From NCBI GenBank assembly GCA_964650515.1, contig CAZYUB010000012.1:1944-65943 (forward strand): 64,000 nt of DNA, given 5' to 3'. Positions 57,187 to 64,000 of this stretch are shown in pieces. The notes under the pieces were generated by a model. It saw only the letters and a list, made by a program, of their open reading frames with translations, was not told the origin of the DNA and searched no databases. Position 1 is the first letter of the stretch; every line of letters begins with the position of its first letter. The DNA is from an uncultured Planctomycetia bacterium. Its GTDB lineage: Bacteria; Omnitrophota; Gorgyraeia; Pluralincolimonadales; Pluralincolimonadaceae. The translations under genes were made by a program, and so were the position numbers.

Positions 57187-58353
57187 ATGAAGGTTGGTCG
57201 CAACGATCCGTGCCCCTGTGGAAGCGGGAAAAAATATAAGAAATGCTGTCTAATCAAGGATACAATGATTGTGAGCGATTTAAAGAATATCAGATTAGAA
57301 GAAGTAAAGGATCCAAAGGAAATCGAACGGATTAAAAAGGAGATTGAGATAAAACAAGGCCCAGAACCGCATATAAATTTAGTGCCCAGCATTATTTGGA
57401 AAGGCTACAGATGGCGCTCTATTTATAGTACATTACATGCGCGGAATTTACATGAAACATTTGATGAATTTATTCTTGTCAGGCTAAAAAGTCACTTTGG
57501 ACCAGAATGGAAGGCCGAGCAAGACAAGCTGCCACCGGAGAAGCAGCATATATTATTGAAATGGCTCCGGGCCTTAAATAAATTATCTGTTTCAAAAAAC
57601 GTCGTAAAGCATGGAGAGCATTTGTGGTCAGTTGAAGCCACAGGACCTGTAAGGGCGCTTAATCAGTTTGCCTACGATGTTTATTGCCTTGAATCGCAAA
57701 AGAAGCTCCCTGAATTTTTAATTAAAAAAATAAAGAATTATAACGAATTTCAAGGTGCTAGATATGAAATTGCAACAGCCGCAATAATGCTAAGGGCTGG
57801 TTATGAAATCGAATTTTTAGACGATAAACATTTGCAGGAAAAACATTGCGAATTTATAGCCAAGCACCGCATTAGCGGTATTTCATATGGCGTAGAAGCT
57901 AAAAGTCGCCGACGTAAAGGGGTAATGCATGAAGAGGGCGAATTCGATCCCTCTAGAGATGTGAAGGGAGATGTCCAGAATTTATTAAAAAAGGCAATTG
58001 CGCAGCGCCCCAAAGGAATGCCATTTATAATTTTCATTGATCTGAATCTCCCGCCTGAACCAAATGTTAAAATTGAGAATAGAAGATGGTTTGCCGACGT
58101 TAAGAATATTTTAGATGAGAGAGGCAAGTCCTCAGATATTAATCCCGACCCATTTAATGCGTTAATACTGACGAATTTTTCATATTATTATCAAGGAGAT
58201 GATGAAGTTGCCAGCGGTGGAGAATATCTTCAGATAATAGGTTTTTATCCAGAGAATAAAGTGTATAAAAATTATCCTGTGCAAGATATTCAGCCCCTCG
58301 AAGATATTAGAGGTTGTCTAGATAGATATAGCTATATACCTAAAGAAGTCTGA
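57187..58353 (+). CDS. SEC-C motif (zinc-binding) domain protein with a C-terminal region showing a PD-(D/E)XK-like signature (putative nuclease)
   Basis: 388 aa, AT-rich gene (visibly lower GC than the flanks). N-terminal GRNDPCPCGSGKKYKKCC. Candidate D...(E)xK: FLDD ... GVEAKSRR. GAGAGGAA ribosome-binding site. Confidence 0.65.
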   Translation: MKVGRNDPCPCGSGKKYKKCCLIKDTMIVSDLKNIRLEEVKDPKEIERIKKEIEIKQGPEPHINLVPSIIWKGYRWRSIYSTLHARNLHETFDEFILVRLKSHFGPEWKAEQDKLPPEKQHILLKWLRALNKLSVSKNVVKHGEHLWSVEATGPVRALNQFAYDVYCLESQKKLPEFLIKKIKNYNEFQGARYEIATAAIMLRAGYEIEFLDDKHLQEKHCEFIAKHRISGISYGVEAKSRRRKGVMHEEGEFDPSRDVKGDVQNLLKKAIAQRPKGMPFIIFIDLNLPPEPNVKIENRRWFADVKNILDERGKSSDINPDPFNALILTNFSYYYQGDDEVASGGEYLQIIGFYPENKVYKNYPVQDIQPLEDIRGCLDRYSYIPKEV

Positions 58354-58767
58354 TCATTGTTGGGAGGGGAGCCTTAGGTCGATTTCAACTCTTGCCACAT
58401 TATGAGCATTTTTGCTAGCCTGCCCCCCCATTAGTTGTACCACTTCTTAAGAGAGTCTAGCAGATACCCTCAAGAGCAAAGAAACGCCTCTTAAATCCCG
58501 CACTAGCCGTAAACAAAGAGGCTATCCCCTTGCGCCTTATTACTGGCGGTCGTGACGAGAGTCACCTCTCAAATCTATCAAGTTCAAAATAATACTTCTT
58601 TTCTAATAAAATATATCTTGACAAAACTAAATGCCAGCGCTAATCTATGAAAAGTAGTCGAAACGTTTCGAGCTTATCCAGTCGAAGTAACTAAACAATG
58701 GCTAACCTCTGGAAGTCCAAAGATGGCGTCGACTCATTCAAGCCTTAAAGAAAAAATCACAATCTAA

Positions 58768-58794
58768 AACGGCAATGATCATTGCCGTTTTTTG
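58768..58794. terminator. Perfectly palindromic hairpin AACGGCAATGATCATTGCCGTT flanked by A-run/T-run (bidirectional terminator-like)
   Basis: 11-bp perfect stem, then TTTTTT on the plus strand and TTTT on the minus strand. Confidence 0.65.
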
Positions 58795-60471
58795 TTCTTA
58801 TTACAGTTCACAAAAGTCAAATCAAGGTTCTTCCACTTGAAAAAAGATCCCCTGCTTTATCAAGTCGTAGCCTTCTTTTGGATATGCGCCATACTATATT
58901 TTAACCCCCGCATATTCGCGTTGCTCGTAGGCCCTGAAAATATTGCCGCAAAATTGACAATAGTATTTTTTGCGATCCTTCTTAATCTGTTCTGGTTTTA
59001 CGCATTTTATCATCTGGTAATAATAGTATTCTCCTACCTAAGAAATTCCAACCTGTATCGCGCGTCAAACATAGCTAACGCAACAGATAGTTCTCGCGTC
59101 GCTCTTTTATATGCGACATGCAACGACTTTAAGGAAGATGCGGTCTTATCTTGCCTCAGCCAGGATTATCCAAATGTCCATACGTTCATTCTGGATGACG
59201 GCGATGATGAAGCTTTCAAAATGAGAATAGATGAGTTTTGCCGTCACCATAAAGGCGAAGTAACTGTAATGCGCCGTGCTGGCAGGCAAGGCTTCAAGGC
59301 CGGCAACCTTAATAATTGCCTTAATGAAATAGACGGTTTCAAATACATCAGCGTTTCCGACGCGGACACCATATTGCCCGGGGATTACGTATCAAAGCTT
59401 CTGCCATATTTCTGTGACCCGAGGACAGCATTCGTCCAATCGAGGCAGGAGTTTAATCCGGCCCAGAGCTCTTCTTTTGCGCAGGGCCTCGGCTACCAGA
59501 TAGAGCTTCATTGCGACCATTATCTGAAGACGAAGAATCAATACGGATTTGTCATGTTCTACGGGCATGGCGCTTTGATGCGGACGGACGTATTAAAGGA
59601 AATAGGCGGTTTCCCCGAAGTGGCGACGGAGGACCTGGCATATTCAATGGAAATAAGGCGAAAGGGATATCACGGCGTTTACGCGCAGGATGTTACGTGC
59701 CTCGAGGAATTCCCGCCGACATTCCGGCAGTATCGCAAACGAAACGATAAATGGATAAAGGGTACGGCGGAGTGCCTGTTAAAGTATTTCCCGTCTTTTC
59801 TTAAGTGCAGTGGTATCAGCCGTGTCGAGAAGTTTGATGTATTCGTGTCCGCGCTAAGCCTTCTTCTAAGCCTTCCCTTTGTACTGCTTCTGCTATTGGT
59901 GGGTATCATGCTTCCATATTATTACTCGCATTTCCAGTTCCAGGGGCCGATGTTCAAGATGCCGCTTTCTTATAATGGGACTTTCCTTGGCGCCTTGACG
60001 GGGATCTCGAGCAACCTCTTTTGGAGATGGGACTTTTTCCTGATGTTGCTGTTGACGCTCGCCGCGCCCGTTTTACCCGCTATATTGCAGGCAATCCGCG
60101 ACCCGGTCAAAAAGATCCGCTTCATAATAATGTATACATTCATATTTTACGCTACGCAGGTAAGCTCGGCGTGGGCGCTCGTCGCGTACCTGATAAGCAA
60201 GAAGGCCGAATTTCCGGTTACGGGGGATGCTTCCGAATGGCGCGGAGTTAACAAGCCTGTTTTTATCGTCGAATGCGCGGGCGCTGCGCTATTTTTGTCG
60301 ATAAGTCTTATTTCGAGGAATATATGGTTCTTGTCATTCGCCGCGGGTATTGCAGCAGGAGTATTGATTCTAAAACGCGGCTTCGAAAATAAATTGGCAA
60401 GGATATCCGCAGTTATTCCCATAATAATCCTGGCGGTAATAGTGGTTTTTATCGGCAGGAAGCTCCAATAA
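58792..60471 (+). CDS. Family-2 glycosyltransferase, membrane-integrated (2 N-terminal + C-terminal TM; cellulose-synthase/OpgH-like processive type)
   Basis: DDGDD and DADT Asp motifs and a QYRKRNDKW (QxxRW-like) block. No in-frame ATG near the 5' end; start is TTG 58792 (inside the hairpin) or TTG 58846. Confidence 0.75.
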   Translation: MFLLQFTKVKSRFFHLKKDPLLYQVVAFFWICAILYFNPRIFALLVGPENIAAKLTIVFFAILLNLFWFYAFYHLVIIVFSYLRNSNLYRASNIANATDSSRVALLYATCNDFKEDAVLSCLSQDYPNVHTFILDDGDDEAFKMRIDEFCRHHKGEVTVMRRAGRQGFKAGNLNNCLNEIDGFKYISVSDADTILPGDYVSKLLPYFCDPRTAFVQSRQEFNPAQSSSFAQGLGYQIELHCDHYLKTKNQYGFVMFYGHGALMRTDVLKEIGGFPEVATEDLAYSMEIRRKGYHGVYAQDVTCLEEFPPTFRQYRKRNDKWIKGTAECLLKYFPSFLKCSGISRVEKFDVFVSALSLLLSLPFVLLLLLVGIMLPYYYSHFQFQGPMFKMPLSYNGTFLGALTGISSNLFWRWDFFLMLLLTLAAPVLPAILQAIRDPVKKIRFIIMYTFIFYATQVSSAWALVAYLISKKAEFPVTGDASEWRGVNKPVFIVECAGAALFLSISLISRNIWFLSFAAGIAAGVLILKRGFENKLARISAVIPIIILAVIVVFIGRKLQ

Positions 60472-60487
60472 CAAAAGGGAGGCTGAA

Positions 60488-63400
60488 GTGAAAAGGAAGA
60501 TACTGATAGTCGCCGCGATGTTAATGATGACGACCGCGTTCCTGGCGGGTTTCGAATTGACCGATGAAGTTATTGCTTTCCGCGCTCTCGAGGAAGGCAA
60601 CTATCAGGGCGCGCTCGAGATATATATCAAGAATAATAATAATTCCGGGGCAGGTATGGCGTACCTCGGTTTGAAACGTTTCGATGACGCTAAGGAAAAA
60701 TTTGAAAAGGCGGGCGATCTGTCCGGCATCGGCCTTGCCTATTGCGGAAAACACCTTTATGACGAAGCTATAAGGAACTTCGAACAGAAGAGGGATAACT
60801 CCGGCATCGGCCTTGCCTATTGCGGCAAGAGGGATTTTAACGCCGCAAGGGGGTATTTTAGGCAGGCGAACGACTATTCCGGCATGGGTCTGGCGGCTCT
60901 CGGAGAAAATAAAACGGATGAAGCGAGGGAATGGTTTACCAAAGTAGGGGATAAGGGCGGCCTCGGGCTTGTTCTTTTGGCCGAGAAGAAATATGATGAA
61001 GCCCTGAAGAGCTTTACCGCCATAAAAGACAACTCCGGCGCAGGACACGCATATTGCGGAAAGAAAGATTACAGCTCGGCCTTGACATATTTTAAGAAAG
61101 CCAACGACCTTTCCGGCCTTAGCCTCGCCTATTCAGGCAAGAATATGTATACCGAGGCGATAAGATACGCTGTCGAGGCGAACGATTATTCCGCGCTCGG
61201 ACATGCCTATCTGGGCAAGCACGACTATAAGGAAGCGCTGGATAGCTTCACGAAGGCCAATGACCTTTCCGGTATCGGTTTTGTCTATTGCAAACAAAAG
61301 GACTTCGCCAAGGCAGCCCAATACGCGAAAGCCGCAAACGACCTTTCTTTGCAGGGGCAGATATATCTTGGGGCAGGCGACTATAAATCAGCGGAAGACT
61401 GTTTTACGGCAGCTAACGACCTTTCCGGCCTCGGTTTGGTCAACTTAAAGAGCAAAAAATACGATAAAGCGAAGGAATATTTCCAAAAGGCCAACGACAT
61501 GTCCGGCCTCGGTTTTCTTTACGGCGAGATAGGCGATTACTCCAAATCGGAAGAGTGCTTTACCAAAGCCAACGACATGGCCGGTCTCGGTAGGATGGCG
61601 CTTAAAAGAAAGCAGTTCAACGAAGCGATCGCGTATTTCAAGAAGTCCAACGACCTCGATGGCCTCGGCGACCTTTATTGGCAGTTGAGGAGTTTCGATA
61701 AGTCGATAGAGTGTTTCAAGGCGGTAGGCGATGACATCAAGGTCGTCCAGGCCTTGCGCGAGAAGAAGAGAAGGGATCCCATAACAAACAAGGTCAGCTA
61801 TTACGGATCCGAGGATGCCATCGCATACGCGAAAGCCAAGATAGAAGAAGGAAAATTCGTCGCGCCTTTGCATATCGAGATCGGGCACATATACAGCTCG
61901 CGTAACGACTTTGAGAACGCCTTGAAGGAGTACGAAGCCGCCTTGAACAGCGATACTTACTATGCGGCCGACGCGCTTTTTTGGATAGGCAAAACCCGCT
62001 ATCAACAGAAAAACTATCAGCTCGCGAAAGAAGTTTTCAGCAACCTCGTCGCGAAATACCCCTATCATCGCCTATCGTATGAGGCGCGCGGCGCTGTAAA
62101 ATATTTGGAAAGGTCTGGTAAAGCATCGGCTGGTTTACCAGCGAATAATATATGCGGACCTTATGCCTTAAAACTGCTTCTCTGTAACTACGGGATAGAA
62201 GCCGCGACAGATGAGATCGCGAAAGCCGCCGGGACGGATAAAGAAGGCACTACCATGCTCGGTCTCATCCAAGCCGCGAAGCTGAGCGGTTTGGAGATAT
62301 CGGCATTCAAAACGGATTCCGGCAAACTCAGGGGGTACGCCGGCAAGGCTGTCCTGTTCATCAATAATTCCCACTACGTGTTTTTGAAAGAGGTTAGAGC
62401 GGCGGGAGTGCTGGTTACCGATAACATAGCTGACTCGTACATGACTTTCAGCGCCCTGGACATGTGCTGGCAGGGACAGATCATCGCCATAAAGACAGAC
62501 CCAGGCATAAAGGAGTTCGCTTACGACGAGCTGGCGAGCATTAAAGGAGGAAACCGCAGGGCTTCGGAGGGCGGTACCACTAAGAACGATCCTGGCTTAT
62601 ATCCGAACGGGTCATTAACACTTGATTACGGTAAAATAGGCCCGATCGTACCGGGCGATTATTTGATGATGAATAATCTTTCGGATTCGGGAACCGGGCA
62701 CAATCCCCAGCCTGATGGCGGGATGGGGATGACGCGTATGGGTACCGGCGAGAACGCGCTCGGAGGACAGCAATGTGATGCCGTATTTGACCCAATAGCA
62801 ATAACGGGCGGCCAGGTTATCATACCAAAGGAAGACATATTTATCCCTTGCAGGGGCCGGAAACACGGCATAAACCTGAGCCTTAAAAGGACCTATTCAT
62901 CAAGCAGCGAAGTGGACGGGAAGATAGGTTTTGGCTGGGCGCTTGCGCACGATGTTAAACTGCGGGTTATACCGGCGGAAGGCGACGACCCGCAGCATGT
63001 TATCGTGACGACTCCCGACGGGACTATATTCAGCTATGAGTATGACGGAGAAGGCTTTTACTATATGCCTGAATGCGACGGCTCATACGTCAAAAAAAAT
63101 GAGGATGGATCATATTATTGGATGCGCCAGACCGTAATGTATGGATTACAAAAGTATTATTTTGAAGTATATGTAACGGAGACCACAACTCATCGTATCA
63201 AAAAAATAGAAGATCTTAACAGTAATTACCTTATTTATATATATGCGGGGGCTAATCTCACTAAGATATATGATAACTACAGCAGGTTTTTAAGTTTTAC
63301 GTATCTCGACGGAAGGATAGATACCGTAACCGGCGGGAAAAGCACAGTCACGGTGACATATAGCTACGATTACGACGAGAACGGCAACCTTACCCTGGTT

Positions 63401-64000
63401 AACGGTCCTGAAAATTATTCGGAAAGATACGAATACGAAGACGCAAATAATATACACAATGTCACTGCATATGTTGACGCCGAATACAACAGGACGGAAT
63501 ACACCTATGAGCAGGACCCATCAGGCTTAAGTGATGTCTGCGTTGAAGTAAGGGACGCGCTAGATAATCCCGCTACTTACGACTACTTGTTCGAGATAGG
63601 TGTCACGACGGTTGTGGATGCGCGCGGACGTACCAGCGTTTATGAATACGAAAAGGGCAAAATTAACAAAATCACCAACTCGAACGGCGGCATAACATAC
63701 TATTCGTTTGACGACACTTATATGCGCAATTCGATAACCGATGAGCATAACAGAGGATGCGGGTGGTTGAATAAATATCATTATGGCTTGGTGGAAACAT
63801 TGGACAACGAAGAAGGCTATAGCGCATATTTCGGTTATAATTCATTCGCTTACATAGAATGGATATCCGACGTTAAGAACAGGGCCTGGACATACGAATA
63901 CGATGATAACGGTAATTTAAGATACAGACGCGCGCCCGCTCCTAACAACCAGGGAACGTCGACGGTTGAAAAGCAGTACGGTTTAGGCGGTTGTCTTACG
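60488..64000 (+). CDS. Large secreted protein, 3' partial (>1171 aa): signal peptide, ~14 tandem 26-aa repeats, TPR-like region, C39-like papain-fold Cys peptidase domain, YD/RHS repeats
   Basis: I translated the frame codon by codon from GTG 60488 (GGGAGG ribosome-binding site 7 nt upstream) to 64000 with no stop. It is absent from the track because there is no stop in the window. Signal peptide MKRKILIVAAMLMMTTAFLAG. Peptidase motifs CGPYAL (Cys556) and NSHYVFL (His629). YD repeats such as VTYSYDYDENGNLTLV and WTYEYDDNGNLRYRR. Confidence 0.8.
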   Translation, partial: MKRKILIVAAMLMMTTAFLAGFELTDEVIAFRALEEGNYQGALEIYIKNNNNSGAGMAYLGLKRFDDAKEKFEKAGDLSGIGLAYCGKHLYDEAIRNFEQKRDNSGIGLAYCGKRDFNAARGYFRQANDYSGMGLAALGENKTDEAREWFTKVGDKGGLGLVLLAEKKYDEALKSFTAIKDNSGAGHAYCGKKDYSSALTYFKKANDLSGLSLAYSGKNMYTEAIRYAVEANDYSALGHAYLGKHDYKEALDSFTKANDLSGIGFVYCKQKDFAKAAQYAKAANDLSLQGQIYLGAGDYKSAEDCFTAANDLSGLGLVNLKSKKYDKAKEYFQKANDMSGLGFLYGEIGDYSKSEECFTKANDMAGLGRMALKRKQFNEAIAYFKKSNDLDGLGDLYWQLRSFDKSIECFKAVGDDIKVVQALREKKRRDPITNKVSYYGSEDAIAYAKAKIEEGKFVAPLHIEIGHIYSSRNDFENALKEYEAALNSDTYYAADALFWIGKTRYQQKNYQLAKEVFSNLVAKYPYHRLSYEARGAVKYLERSGKASAGLPANNICGPYALKLLLCNYGIEAATDEIAKAAGTDKEGTTMLGLIQAAKLSGLEISAFKTDSGKLRGYAGKAVLFINNSHYVFLKEVRAAGVLVTDNIADSYMTFSALDMCWQGQIIAIKTDPGIKEFAYDELASIKGGNRRASEGGTTKNDPGLYPNGSLTLDYGKIGPIVPGDYLMMNNLSDSGTGHNPQPDGGMGMTRMGTGENALGGQQCDAVFDPIAITGGQVIIPKEDIFIPCRGRKHGINLSLKRTYSSSSEVDGKIGFGWALAHDVKLRVIPAEGDDPQHVIVTTPDGTIFSYEYDGEGFYYMPECDGSYVKKNEDGSYYWMRQTVMYGLQKYYFEVYVTETTTHRIKKIEDLNSNYLIYIYAGANLTKIYDNYSRFLSFTYLDGRIDTVTGGKSTVTVTYSYDYDENGNLTLVNGPENYSERYEYEDANNIHNVTAYVDAEYNRTEYTYEQDPSGLSDVCVEVRDALDNPATYDYLFEIGVTTVVDARGRTSVYEYEKGKINKITNSNGGITYYSFDDTYMRNSITDEHNRGCGWLNKYHYGLVETLDNEEGYSAYFGYNSFAYIEWISDVKNRAWTYEYDDNGNLRYRRAPAPNNQGTSTVEKQYGLGGCLT
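60590..61730 (+). repeat. Tandem in-frame 78-bp (26-aa) repeat array, ~14 units, consensus ANDLSGLGLAYxGKxDYxEAxxxFxK
   Basis: Regular 26-residue periodicity in the translated protein. DNA-level near-identical copies, e.g. TCCGGCATCGGCCTTGCCTATTGCGG at 60722 and 60800, 78 nt apart. Confidence 0.75.

Noticed and set aside
1-64000. CRISPR arrays
   Set aside because: No regularly spaced direct repeats with unique spacers were seen; the only tandem repeats are the in-frame 78-bp coding repeats at 60590-61730.

Overview
This 64 kb window comes from a GC-rich (~55-60%) bacterial chromosome, probably a diderm (Tat, Mla, AsmA, an outer-membrane beta-barrel with a C-terminal Phe, PEP-CTERM). Positions 1-36,100 are one long run of tightly packed plus-strand genes with a single minus-strand TPR gene. 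Many have 4-8 nt ATGA-type overlaps and several use TTG/GTG starts. The ORF track appears to use alternative start codons, so I re-evaluated starts by hand. Core functions I recognise, by motif and recall only:
- TatA/TatC
- a UvrD-family helicase, GpmA, and an archease-RtcB RNA-ligase pair
- class II (B12-dependent) ribonucleotide reductase followed immediately by dCTP deaminase
- an OGG1-type glycosylase
- two tandem Ddl-like ATP-grasp ligases followed by a lysine 2,3-aminomutase
- PurH, FolC, MnmE, FolE, AccA
- an RsbW/RsbV-like partner-switching pair, MlaEFD, a FecR-domain protein, and a CHASE2 sensor with a PP2C phosphatase domain
- SpoVG, YraN, ComM

On the minus strand sits an operon of alpha-glucan phosphorylase, tRNA-Leu(CAG), a YbaK-like deacylase, and a giant 2508-aa multi-pass membrane protein with an OpgH-like GT2 domain. 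Downstream are SmpB, tmRNA, an AmiC-like amidase, MurI, QueD/QueC/QueE, the two subunits of a class I fumarate/tartrate hydro-lyase, RNase PH and RdgB, then a convergent AsmA-family gene. A tRNA-Pro/Arg/His cluster follows.

Downstream of tRNA-His the composition becomes AT-richer. This island-like segment carries a SEC-C-motif protein with a putative PD-(D/E)XK core, a GT2 membrane glycosyltransferase, and a large ORF that runs off the window end. That ORF is absent from the supplied track because it has no in-window stop. It encodes a secreted protein with a signal peptide, about fourteen 26-aa tandem repeats, a C39-like cysteine peptidase domain and YD/RHS repeats, and is the most interesting object here. 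I found no CRISPR array and no integrase. All identifications are from reading the sequence and recalling motifs; none is database-verified.
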